Positions 27,259 to 41,329 of a stretch of DNA of 64,000 nt are shown here, piece after piece. The notes beneath the pieces were generated by a model that was not told the DNA's origin, did no database searches, and saw only the letters and a program-made list of their open reading frames with translations. The DNA is taken from the NCBI RefSeq assembly GCF_009914755.1, contig NC_060934.1, one strand, 5' to 3'. The stretch is from the human T2T-CHM13v2.0 reference genome, Homo sapiens. The position numbers and the translations under genes were made by a program. Positions within the stretch are counted from its first letter, which is position 1; every line of letters begins with the position of its first letter.

Positions 27259-27539
27259 GTATGTTTAAAAAACACAGATATCACTCAAATATAACCCACT
27301 AAAATGCTCCTCCTTCCCCACCAAGTTGAAGGGTAAATCTGTTTTCAGGAGCTGATTTATTTCTTTCCACCTCTCCTAGGATATTTTGTTGAGTGGAGAA
27401 GTCAACTTAAAACTCAAGGCCCCAAGCCAGTTTTCCCAAAATGAGTCCCCATTTAGCCCAATGTCTCAACAAGAACCCTCAGCATGTTCCTTCTTCCACA
27501 GGGCCCTCATGTAATAGTCCTGGCAGTAGTAGTGGTACT

Positions 27540-27770
27540 AAATATAACAGCTAACATTTATCTAACACCTTCTATGTATTAGGAACTGTTTTAGTGTTTT
27601 CTATATATATGAAACCATTTAATCCTCCCAACAACCCAGTAAGGCAAATATTAAACTACCATCCTCATTATTCCATTTTGTAGAGAAAACGGAGGCCCAG
27701 AGAGGTGAGGGGGTTTGTCTGAGGCTATACAGCTGGTAAGGGAAGGAGTCAGCCTTCAGGGTAATAATTC
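27540..27770. mobile_element. MIR
   Basis: 'atttaatcctcccaacaaccc...ccattttgtagagaaaacggaggcccagagaggt'. Confidence 0.75.
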
Positions 27771-27793
27771 TTGACTTTGATTGCACTTTGGTA

Positions 27794-28405
27794 TTTTTGT
27801 TTGTTTTTGAGACAGGGTCTCCCTTTGTCAGCCAGACTGGAGTGCAGTGGTGCAATCATGGCTCACAGCAGCTTCAACTTCCTGGGCTCAAGTGATCCTC
27901 TCTCAGACTCCCAAGTAGCTGGGACCACAGGCACACACCACCATGCCTGGCTACTTAAAAAAAATTTTTTGTGGCCGGGCGCGGTGGCTCACGCCTGTAA
28001 TCCCAGCACTTTGGGAGGCCGAGGTGGGAGGATCACGAGGTCAGGAGATCGAGACCATCCTGGCTAACACAGTGAAACCCCGCCTCTACTAAAAATACAA
28101 AAAATTAGTCAGCCGTGGTGGCGGACGCCTGTAGTCCCAGCTACTCGGGAGGCTGAAGCGGAAGAATGGCGTGAACCCCGGAGGCGGAGCCTGCAGTAAG
28201 CCCAGATGGCGCCACTGCACTCCAGGCTGGGCGACAGAGCGAGACTCCGTCTCAAAAAAATAAAAAAAATAAAAAATAAAAAATTTGTCTAAAGACAGGG
28301 TCTTCTTATGTTGCCCAGGTTGGTCTCAAACTCCTGGGCTCAAGCAATCCTCCCACCTCGCCTCCCAAAGTGTTGGGATTACAGGCGTGCGCCACTGTGC
28401 CCAGC
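27794..28405 (-). mobile_element. AluJ split by an AluY insertion
   Basis: Right arm 27794-27972, left arm 28284-28405; TSD tgattgcactttg/tgattgtactttg. Confidence 0.88.
27973..28283 (+). mobile_element. AluY, full length
   Basis: CpG-rich; diagnostic 'gatcacgaggtcaggagatcgagaccatcctggctaacac'. Confidence 0.93.
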
Positions 28406-29210
28406 TGATTGTACTTTGAATGCCTGGGTCTCACCCGCTAATCACCCAACGCCCATTCCAGATTCTAATTTAATTGGCCAGGGATTTTTAAATGCTCCTT
28501 GGGTGATTCTAATGAGCTGCCAGAGTGGGCGCCACTGGTCTGGGGCCTGGCTTTGTAGCATCCTACTACGCAGCCCATGAGAAGCGATTGAGCAGAAGCT
28601 ACACCTGGGTTCGTATGACTTTTCCCTCATTGGGAACAACTGGTTAAAGGAACAGTCAATGGCAGGAGAAGTTTTGTGGATAAAATAATAACAGCTGGAT
28701 GGTTATTTAGCTAGCCACATGGTCTTAGGCCAGTGACTCAGTTTCTTCATCTGCAAAACAAAGGGTTTGAAATAAGAAATGATCTCTTGGTTCTTTCCAG
28801 TGCTATGAGTCTATGAAATCAATATATGAAACCCTGGATCATCCAGGAGTGGATGATCCACAGAAAATGTCTAATCTGAGTACCAGTGTCCTTCAGCCAC
28901 CCTTCTCATTCATTGGTGTGTGCTCAAAGAATGCACATCAGTTTTATTTTTGGCCTAAGCAGAACACAAATAGGAAGGAAGAAATCATGTGTGTACATGT
29001 GAAAATCATTCAAAAGATAAATTAAATGATTTGGAGGGATTATCTGCTGTTTGGGATTACCCACATCACTGCCCCCTCCAATAGCGTTGATAATTGAAAG
29101 ATGCCTGTAGGCTGATTGCTGACAGCTGAAGGATCCATGTTGCCAAGGAACCTATGGCTGAGTGCCAAGGAATGACCTGATTAATTATCCTTTTCTTTGT
29201 ACCATCCCAG

Positions 29211-29269
29211 CTCTTCATACCGTTCGCTCACCAGAGTGGTGTCCAGTTTCAGGAGCACGGAAGAAAACA
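29211..29269 (+). ncRNA. Candidate 59-nt internal exon, plus strand
   Basis: CTGAT branch-like site, acceptor TATCCTTTTCTTTGTACCATCCCAG|, donor ACA|GTAAGT. Confidence 0.35.
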
Positions 29270-30157
29270 GTAAGTCCCCAAAAGTGAACAGTCCCTATTT
29301 CTTGAGGCAGAAAATAACAGTGGAGACCTTTTCATCCCCTCTCGGGTCCTATGCTGGCTGCTCGGCTTGGTGACTAAACTTCAGACCATAATGAAATCAA
29401 AGACAGTCTGTCTGGTCACACTGGCTTTCCACGTAGAAGGTTTTGGCAAAATGCTCTCTCTTCTTCAATCGGATGCATACAGAGGTTGTAATGTGCAAGA
29501 CTCCAGCATGAGAAGGGCAGGCTACTATGGCCAAGAGGCTAAACCTTATTCCCGGTGGCTTTTTACTGTCTGGGCTTAAACGACTCATTATCCTCAGCAT
29601 TTTACTTTCACTGTGGAGTGTCATATAGAATTCTTCTTCTTTTTTTTAATCATGAACCGGCATGCTAGGTGAGAAGTATCTTTATTTCAGGGGAATTTGG
29701 GAAAAAGTTTGCACAGATTCTATGCACTGGTTACATAGCTAAAACCAGGTTACATAACTGTTTAAATTTGGTATAAGCCAGCTATCTGTACATCCTTAAG
29801 CAGTGTAGGCAAGCTGGCCCCAGGGGCTAGCCCCAGAAGTTTCAAGCTTTAAACAGCACATTGCAAATTCCAAATTAGCACTCCCATCCTTATCTTGACC
29901 AAGAGTCTGTACTCCACTTATAGATAAGCATAGAGCTTTCTCAGTTCAGCCGTAAGATAATCTTGTCTTATACATACTGTAATACAAAAGATGAGGGAAT
30001 GATCCTTCCTTCCTGAATTCATTCCCTCTAACTCACAGTTTATTTCATAGACATGTAGAATTCTGAGTCTTTTCTAAAACTAGTTCTTAAATGATTGGCT
30101 TTTACAGGGGTATTCAATAGCTATTGAATTGATGGCACTAGACTGGTTATTTTTATC

Positions 30158-30326
30158 TTTTTTTTTTTTTTTATTTTTAGAGACAGGATGTTGTTCTGTC
30201 ACTCAGGCTGGAGTGCAGTGATGCAATCATAGATCACTGCGGCCTTGAACTCCTGGGCTCAAGGAATCCACCTGCTTCAGCCTTCTATGTAGCTAGAACT
30301 ACAGGTATCCACCACCAACCTCAGCC
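30158..30326 (-). mobile_element. Alu right monomer (FRAM/AluJ)
   Basis: Single antisense arm. Confidence 0.85.
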
Positions 30327-31249
30327 CTGGGTTCTACTGGATGTGCCGGCCAGGGGCCACCTCTACTTCTGCTGGGGCCTCCCAATGCTGGCCCTCCACA
30401 GGTGGCCTCCGGAAACAACCCTCAGAAAGAAGGATGGTTCCACTCATACCAGAACCTTTTTTGTCATCTTTGCATTTTATACAGGCAGTCAGACCTCAGG
30501 CGTGTGCTCCATCAGAGGCCTGACCTCTCCTCAGTGGCTGTGATTATTGCCTGGAGAACCAGCCAGATTTTACGTAAATTTCAAACAAATCTTTTAAGAG
30601 TAGGGTCCTATCCTGGAGGCAGCTGGAGGGAGAAAAAGATCCCTCTTAGAACTCGGCCTTTGAAGTGAATTCCTTCAGCAATCTTGCTCTGAGCTTTTCC
30701 TGAATACAGCTGTAAATTGATTTGGGGTTTTTCCTAATGGGCTGAAAAACATAGCTTTCCTGTGTTGGGTGGTTCAGTGAAGCCACTATTTTACAACCAC
30801 CCGGAGTTCCTTGAAAAGCCACCCTCCATGAGATCATTACAGATACATCCTGAGCTCAATAAAAAAGAAGTTGAGCCTGTGTTTCTATTGGTAGACTAGG
30901 CGGGTTCGCGGATACTTGGACACTGATTTGGGCATAGATTTGTGCTTACGCCATATAAACAGATTAATCTGGTATCTAAGCCATATAGATACTGGATTTC
31001 ACTCTCCATCCATGTCTATAGGTATACTTTATTAGCTTGTTAATGCCTTTCTTTCAGAGAACAATTTATTTAGCCTTTAGAGAAGACAGTGATTTTAAAA
31101 AATGTAGCTTTATTAAAGAACCGTAGCCTAATCTAAAATGGTTTCACTGGTCTGCACATACCACAGGTTTACTGCGGTATAAAATACCAAATTCTCTTTA
31201 TGTGTTCCCTAAATTACTTTATAACTTTATCTTTTGCCCTAATAATACT

Positions 31250-31670
31250 TGTCACAAAATATGGAGACCTACTCAATTTTACTAGTCATTGAAGGAATGT
31301 AAACTGAAACTAGAAGATAATGATTTTTTCACCCATCAAATAGTCAAGGAAATGGATATTGTCACTTCTGGCTGGTGTGACATCTAGGAACATATCCTGA
31401 CACAGAATTATTCTTAAATAGGAAGAAGGGTATTAAGTACAAAATTACTTGCATTACTCTATAATAATCAAAATTATTCAACAAAGTCTAAATATCTGAT
31501 TATAAGGGAATGGTTGAATGACTTACCATTTTGTAACTAACAGTGGCTCTGATGAACACATTGAAAAGGTTTCTGATATACAGCTAGGAGAAGAGCAGGA
31601 CATGACACAGGGTACAGACTACAACAGCAACTATAGTATTTTTTTTTAATGTGCGTATAAAATGTGTTTC
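31250..31670 (+). mobile_element. L1ME fragment
   Basis: 'tagtcattgaaggaatgtaaactgaaac...ttttcacccatcaaa'. Confidence 0.55.
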
Positions 31671-31841
31671 TAGTGACAGCCCCACTCCCTCCTTCAGTGG
31701 CTGTTCAGTGCCTTAAGACATCTGAGGCAATTCCCAGCTGTGCCCCCTCCACGTCTGCACTGCTCTGCTTCTATCAGGCTGGCCTGCTCTCCAGTGCATC
31801 CTGCCTCTGGCCTTTGAACTGCTGCTTTCCTGCCCTGATGA

Positions 31842-32250
<409 letters not shown>

Positions 32251-33446
32251 TAGAAATCAATACCACTTTAAAACTACAGAAGAGTGGGTAGTCTGGAGAG
32301 ACTATTTCACAATTGGGCCAAGGTGATGACTATTGTCAATTTTGTGCTCTTAGGCCTCATTAGTCTCATTCTGAGGATGCTTTATTCTTCCCTGAATTGA
32401 TCGTATTAATAAATAAAGCATGTGGAGGGAGGAATCTCTCCTAAAAGAGGAGATCACTCATCCTTGAAAGTATATAGGATTTTTTTTTAAGTGTCTGCCT
32501 GGGGAAAATGCTGTGGCGGCATTAATAGACAACAGCATTTTAATTATGAATCTAATATATTTGTATCACAAAACCTGGCAATTTCAACGATAAAGTACTA
32601 TGATTACACAAAGCATTTTTAGAAATAATAAACCTCTGCTGAATATGCTTACAAACCACATTAAGATTCCATTTCAGCTCTCCTTTGTAATATCAAATCA
32701 TATGGGTAGGTTGGCTGTTTTAAAATGTATTAAATGTAAATTGATTTTGTATTGTCAGAAATAATATTTAGAGACATTCTGCCGTCTCTGTCACGACCCT
32801 TGCCTGATTCCTGCTCCATGTGTTTCTAATCCCGGAAGATTTATACAGCTTTTAAATTTTCATTATGTGTTCTCCTGCCTGCCTGATAGACACTTGCTGT
32901 ACTTTGCCTGCCACCAATGTTGGACTTGTCTAATGTGAGCCAGGATCCAGTCTGGGGACAAACACTGAGCACCAAGTTTGGGCGAAGCTTTGGCGAGGGG
33001 AATGATCCCAAATGTAGGCTCAGGAGGCAGCTGCATCACTTCCAAGTTTTTCTCACAAGGTTGCTGGCTCCGCTAATACCAAGGCAGCAAACTCTCATCT
33101 AAGCCACAAACATAACATTGGTGTGTCACGCAATGTGAGTTAAGATTTGTCAAACACACCTTTATTCCATATTTGGCTGGATCATGAAGCACTCATTGCA
33201 AAGTTCCCTAGGGCCCGCAGCAAGGGACGTGGGTAGCTGTAACTCTGGTTTGTTCGTGAAGTACATTAGTGAGCATAATAAAGTAATCACATGCCTCCTA
33301 TGGGTTTTTGTCTTGTTAAGTATGTGAAATCTGCTCCAGATAAATATTTTTTTTAAATGAAAGCACGTGAGATGTTAGAGGAGAATGCAAGATCTTAAAT
33401 GATCAATTACGTGGCACAGAAAACACATGTAAAGAAGGACGGGGGA

Positions 33447-33734
33447 GGCCAGGCACAGTGGCTCACGCCTATAATCCCAGCACTTTGGGAGGCTGAGGTG
33501 GGAGAATCACTTGAGCCAGGAGTTCGAGACCAGACTGGGCAACATAGTGAGACCCCGTCTCTACAAAAAGTTTTAAAAATTAACTGGGTGTGGTGGTGCG
33601 TGCCTATAGTCCCAGCTACTCAGGAGGCTGAGGTGAGAGGATTGCTTGAGCCCAGGCATTGGAGGCTGCAGTGAGCCACTATACTTCAGCTGGGTGACAG
33701 AGCGAGACCCTGTCTGAAAAAAAGAAAAAAAAAA
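33447..33734 (+). mobile_element. AluJ
   Basis: Full Alu. Confidence 0.9.
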
Positions 33735-34223
33735 GGTTTTTTTAAAAATTTATTTTATTTTATTTTTTAAGGTTTCAGTATGAACAGACTAGCTAACCCT
33801 GTGCTCTATGGTTTAGAGAGGGATAAGGAGTGAGGATCTCCATCTGCCACCTGCAGGGCTCTGGAGAAGGACAGGATTCCCACGCATTTGTTGTAACTAG
33901 CTGGGCATAGGAAAGCTGGACTTATAGGCAACAGTACCACAGGGTGGTCCTGTGTAGGAAGGGCTGGGGAAAGAGCCAGGGAATATTCCTCCTTGTGTCT
34001 CTGTCCTTTACAAACTAGGTGGTCAAAAATCTCAAAAGAGTTTTGGGTGATGCTTCTCTTGGAAAGCAACAGCATATTTTACCAATGAAAACAAGTGCTT
34101 GCCCCGGTGCCTGCAGCCTAAAAGAGACCAGACTTTTGGGCCGCAGGAATATCAGGCATTCGACCCTAAAGGTGAAACTGTGCCCAAAGGGTTAAAGAAG
34201 TTGGTAACAGGAATTCTTGAGCC

Positions 34224-35060
<837 letters not shown>

Positions 35061-35794
35061 AGGGCTCATAATATCCTCACATTCCCATGTATACTGTTTT
35101 GCTACCTTTGGTTTGATTTTCATGAAAATTTATACTGGTAAAATGGAATTGACTAGAGCAGAGGCATCCAGCCTTTTGCCACCAAGAAGTCTTTATTATT
35201 CCTAATCCCCATCAAGGGAAAAAGGAAGTTATGACTAATTGGTTTTCCACTTTTGTTAGACACTCAGAGCATCTAACCAGCAGGACCGGCAAGTACTGCC
35301 CCCAAAGAGCTGATGTACTTCTAGCCACATGCCAAGGCTCATGGCATTTTAATTAGACACGGCAACCCTTACAGCAGGCCCAGCTCTGATTGTTGTTAGA
35401 ATTTTTGAAATATTTAAAATTGTCTGAGGGTTCCTTTTACTGTCAGTGAAGACTCTTGGCCAGCCGGGCACGTGTGCTCTCGGGCAGAACAGAATCTGGG
35501 AGGAAGAACGGCTGGAGCTGGCCGATGTTGAAGTGGTGGGTCAGACAGCAGCGTTGGGCCCAGGACTTTATACACTTCCTATAAGAAGCGCTAGAGCTGG
35601 AAAATGGGAACTCCTGAAGTGCTGAGCCGATCTGTTTCCAGGAGTGGGGGGAGTTGTTGAAGAGATGGAATGGGAACCAGTTAACCTAGCTAGGAGCTCC
35701 AGGGACATAAAGATAAAAATAAAACAAAACAAAATACAACTCCTCCCCCAAACCACAATGATATATCTCTTAAAAGCTATCCCAAAAGCTTAAA

Positions 35795-35822
35795 GCACAC
35801 ACACACACACACACACACACAC
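35795..35822. repeat. (CA)n microsatellite
   Basis: Direct observation. Confidence 0.95.
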
Positions 35823-36109
35823 GGAGAAAATATAATCAAGTGTTGCTTTCAGACCATGGGTGACAGATACATATTTATTTAAAGAGGGGAAAGACCGTGT
35901 CAACAGGGGAAGTCAGCCCTATTGAGAAGGTGCTATGTGCCAGGCATTGTGTAGGAGCTTTATAGGGTTGAAGGTTCTTATAAAAGCCTGGTGCTTGTCA
36001 CTCATGATATTCTCTTGCCTTGTCCCAGTGGACTCATAGCTAAATCCCAACATGAAGGGGACAGTAGTAGGAACAGCAGTAACATAACATTGACTACAAC
36101 AAAGACAAC

Positions 36110-36360
36110 AATAACAATATTTACTGAGTGCTTAACAAAGATCAGACGCTGTGGCAAGCGTTTTACATGGATCAGTTAGTTAAGTCCTGAGGATATCCCT
36201 AGTCCTGAGGTACTATTATGATCATCCCCATTTTATAGCTGGAAAAACTGAGGCTCAATGACTGGCCCTAGGTCACATAGCTAAAGGAAAGAGTATCTAA
36301 AATCTAAATCCCAAGTCTGTCTGACTTCAGATCCCTTGCTTATAATAGAGTAGACTGTCT
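36110..36360. mobile_element. MIR
   Basis: 'atccccattttatagctggaaaaactgaggctc...aggtcacatagct'. Confidence 0.75.
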
Positions 36361-36463
36361 TCCATTAAATAGGAGGGAATAAAAACTAAGAGCTGCTTCC
36401 TTAACATTTCCATGGAACATGGGAGTCAAAAACAGCACTCTTGGTGGCCATGAAGACAGAGGC

Positions 36464-36931
36464 ATTATTATTACTATTTTTTTAGAGACAGGGTCTCACT
36501 CTGTCGCCCAGGCTGGAGCGCGGTGGTGCAATCACATCTCACTGTAGCCTCCAATTCCTGGGCTCAAGTGATCCTCCTGCCTCAACCTCCACAGTAGTTG
36601 GGAATACAGGCACACATCACCATTCCAAACTAATTATTATTATTATTATTTTTGAGATGGAGTCTCACTCTGTGGCCCAGGCTGGAGTGCAGTGGCTCGA
36701 TCTTGGCTCACTGCAACCTCTGCCTCCTGGGTTCAAGCAATTCTCCGCTTCAGCCTCAGAGTAGCTGGAACTACAGGCGCCTGCCATTATGCCCAACTAA
36801 TTTTTGTATTTTTAGTAGAGACGGGGTTTTGCCATGATGGCCAGGCTGCTCTCGAACACCTGACCTCAAGTGATCTGCCCACCTCAGCCTCCCAAAGTGT
36901 TGGGATTACAGGCATGAGCCACCATTCCCAG
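36464..36931 (-). mobile_element. AluJ/FRAM right arm (36464-36632) followed by full AluS (36633-36931)
   Basis: Two antisense Alu segments; (TTA)n tail on the AluS. Confidence 0.88.
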
Positions 36932-37587
36932 TTGAGACATCCTATATACAGAGCCTTAGTAAACCCCGAGTGACTGAGGCAGGCCCTGCAGCTCCTTGCT
37001 CCCCCAACTCCATGGCCACACATGACACCCTGCTGTGAGTTGGGCAGAAGAGGAAGAAAATTACACAATGGCATGAGAACCAAGAGAGACAACTTCCACT
37101 CTTCACATTAGCCAAACACTTCCCCTGAAGTCCTGGGAGTCTTTGGGAGGAATCTGGGAATCTGAGAAAGGACTGGGAGTTACTGCCAGTGAGTCATACT
37201 GTGTACTGAGAAATATGAAATCGTGATTATTGATGAGATGCTATTTCTACTCACAAATGAGTGGGCTGGGAAATACTGCTTACATTTACAGTGAATGAAT
37301 AGCTGTCTGTTTGGCTGATGGGTCTTGTATCTTTTCCACATTGATGTGGGTATTTTCTGAGTTGGAGTTGAAGGTTCTTTTCCGCAAAGACTTCACTTGC
37401 TTCTTTGTAAAGAATTTTGCAAAGTGTTGCATGAATGTCAACTTTTTATCTGTTTTTTATGATGATGGCAAACATTACTAAGGGATAGGGTCTTCTTTTT
37501 AAAGCTTTTTAATTCCTGGGGCCTCTCTCCTTAACAAATCCTTGGTATCTGTACTTTTCCTAAAAATGAGGAAGATGCTCCTCTGCC

Positions 37588-37882
37588 TTTTTCTTTTTGT
37601 TTGAGACAGGGTCTTGCTTTATCCCCCAGGTCGGAGTGCAGTGGCACAATCATAGCTCACTGCAGCCTTCAACTCCTAGGCTCAAGTGATCCTCCTGCCT
37701 CAGTCGCCTGAGTCGCTGGAACTACAGGTGCGTGCCACCACACCAGGCTAATTTTTTCTTTTTTGTAGAGATTGGGGTCTTGCTATGTTGCCTAGGCTGG
37801 TCTTGAACTCCCGGCCTCAAGTGGTCCTCCCCCCTTCGCCTCCCAGAGTGCTGGGATTATAGGCATGAGCCACTGCACCTGT
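37588..37882 (-). mobile_element. AluJ
   Basis: Full antisense Alu. Confidence 0.9.
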
Positions 37883-38430
37883 CCTCCACTGCCATTTTAA
37901 AAGTTGATTGATTATGTTCACAATCTGTTAGTTCCTTTGTCTAATATTGACACATCTTAGTTTTAGTGGGTTTGAGCCCCATCTAGGCCATTTGGCTGTT
38001 CTGCCATCAGGTAGATTGCTTTACGACCTGAAGTGATTGTTACAGACTACCAAAGTAACCAGAAGGAGGCCACAAGACAGATGGGCCTTCAAAGGCTCTG
38101 ACTGCATCACCCTGTTCTAGACCTTACAGTGGCTCCCCATGGCTCTGGATCCACCTGAGATTCCATTCCACACTCTCATTCCTCTTCCCACCACCGCCCC
38201 ACAGGCTCCTTGCTGTGTGCTGCTCTTCGTGCCTCAGCCCCATATGCTCTGGGGCCTCCACCCTGGGGGAGCTCAGGAGGAGAAATGTGCTTCACCTCCC
38301 AGACACGGCATCCTATGGAAACTAAACGAAGACACACTCCAGCACTTGACAACTAACACACTGTTCACAGCCTGAGCAGCATCAAGCATTCCGAAAACCA
38401 AAACTGGGACTTTGTATTACAGTTTTTAAG

Positions 38431-38433
<3 letters not shown>

Positions 38434-38462
<29 letters not shown>
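38434..38462. repeat. (GA)n microsatellite
   Basis: Direct observation. Confidence 0.95.
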
Positions 38463-38465
<3 letters not shown>

Positions 38466-39165
38466 GGCAACCCTTACAGCAGGCCCACCTCTGACTGTTT
38501 ACCTTTGTCAGCAATTCTACCTGAAGTAAAAACAAACAAACAAAAAACAACCAACCAAACAACAACAACAAAAAAACACAGGGAACAGAAGCAGCCTCGT
38601 GAAAAATGGCCTGTTCAAAAGCACTGAGATGTGTGAAAATATAAGCCAGCACAGACTTCCTGTCACTTTAAAAATGTTTTGAATCCCAGATGCCAAGCAG
38701 GATGCTAGGGCTTCTTGTAGCTGGCACCAAGTTTCAGGAAAACATAAAAACAAACAAACAAAACCCTCTACATGTTGATTCACTTGAAATAAACATTTCA
38801 TTATGCTCATAATAAAGACAAGTTCTTGGCTGAGTACATGAAATTCCAGGTAGTCAGATTTCTGGATTGTACTGTGCAGGAAATTTTCAGAAACAATAAT
38901 AGTGTGCGTGATAAAGTATTGAATTTGATTGGCTAGAGGGAGATGGAAGGAGAAAGCCAGCACTGTGAGATCGCGTGATAGGTGCTATTAGGGTATTGGA
39001 TGAATTATCGGACCCACAGACTAGCCTGCAATGTCCTAGGTGCTTGTTGTCAACACCCAGAAGCCTACAAATGAACCAACTGTTGAAAACATGAAGAGAC
39101 AGTCTCTATGGACATGCCAGAAAAATAAATCTCAGGTTAGTTTGTGGAATTAAAAATCAAAACAT

Positions 39166-39268
39166 AAAAAGAGAGGGGAAGAAGGAAAGAAAGAAGAGAG
39201 AAAGAGAGAGACAGAAAGAGATGGAGAGAGAAAGGGAGGAAGGAAGGAGAAAGGAAAAGGGGGAAAAA
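39166..39268 (+). repeat. Polypurine (GA-rich) low-complexity tract
   Basis: About 100 nt of almost pure A/G. Confidence 0.9.
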
Positions 39269-39412
39269 TAAATGACAGAGTGGCTTTGTAACTTTCCTCC
39301 CTGTTCACATGAGTAGCAAATCATCCCTGCATTCTTCAAGCCATTTCCTCATATTTCATCTTGTTTCATTCTTACCACAACCTCAAGGGAACCCTTTTTA
39401 AAATTTTTCATG

Positions 39413-39720
<308 letters not shown>

Positions 39721-40490
39721 TTATATAACTGAACACACAGAGGTTAAATTACTTGCCCAGGATAATACAGCAAACAGTCAAGGGGTGGGCACCCCATCTA
39801 ATCTCTCCAGCGAGCAAAGCCAAGCGGGCCTGTTTGTTCTGTGCTGTGAAATTAACCCTAATGGCTCTTGCTTGGGCTCCCTCTGCCCTCATGTTGCCGT
39901 TGGAGTCAACATATGGAATGATTTAGAGATTTCTCTCTGAAGGCAGGGGATGGACTTAATGATACCCCGAGATCCCCTGCCAAAGAATGGTTTTCTTGTA
40001 ATTCTAAAGACACATAGTGGGCCTCTATGGAAACAGAGTCCCATGTTCAGGAAGTGGGGACTGGGCCCCCTTTCTTTTCATTGATCAGTTGCATATGTCA
40101 GGAAAGGGCATGAAAGGCAAGAAACAGATGTTTCCTGATGGGGCGCCTTCCTGATAAGGGGATCTCCTTGCTTGTCCACCAGCAGCCCTACCTGAGCTGT
40201 GAATCCCCAGCCAACAGAGTCAGCAGAACCCCTAACTTAGGTGGTTTCCCCCATGAGTCTGCCCCAGGGACTCCTGGTCCTCTATTCTTCCTGGCTCAAA
40301 ACTGTGGAAGCATACACCCCTCATCCGCTATGGTGGGCAAGACAGGGAGTCTCATTTAGGGAATGGGGGCTGGCAGGGGTCTTTGGGATGGATTTCTCTT
40401 TCTGACACGAGGATCATTTCCTGGAAAAGCAAAACACAACAAAAAAACCTGCTGCCATTTTGACTCTACAACCACTTAATGTGGTGAAGA

Positions 40491-40504
40491 GTTGCCGTAG
40501 CAAC
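40491..40504. promoter_or_regulatory. RFX X-box GTTGCCGTAGCAAC
   Basis: 12/14 match to the palindromic GTTGCCATGGCAAC. Confidence 0.5.
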
Positions 40505-40627
40505 ATGATTTCTGCCTCAGCTTGACAGAAATTCATGCTTGCCTGGTTTGAAAAGAAAAATTGGACATTCAATCTGCACCAGAGAATTTATACATAAAAG
40601 CAGATAGTAGCTACACATTCTGCCTTT

Positions 40628-40900
40628 ATTATTATTTTTTAACATTTTAGTATGCATTTCGAGCACATACAAAAGTAGAGAGAATAGTATAACAATGCTC
40701 CTTGTACTTATCACCCGGCTCCCATAGTGATCAGCATACGGCCAAGCTTGGTTCATTGATCTACTTGCTCATTCCCCAGCCCCCACCCACTGTATTAGTT
40801 TTAAACAAATCCTGGATATCATATCATTTCACCCACCCACAAATACTTCAGTATGAATCTCTAAGAGATAGGGACTCTATTTTTAACAAATGATTCTCAC
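40628..40900 (-). mobile_element. L1MC-type 3' end
   Basis: 'catacaaaagtagagagaatagtataac...ttttaaacaaatcctggatatcatatcatttcac'. Confidence 0.75.
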
Positions 40901-41006
40901 ACAAGTAATAAATAAAAGAGAAAGAAGGAAGATTTCAGAATACAATTTCTGCCTTTCTCCCCAAACATTTTTTAAACTGCATCTATTCCCTTTTTTAAAA
41001 TATCCT

Positions 41007-41329
<323 letters not shown>

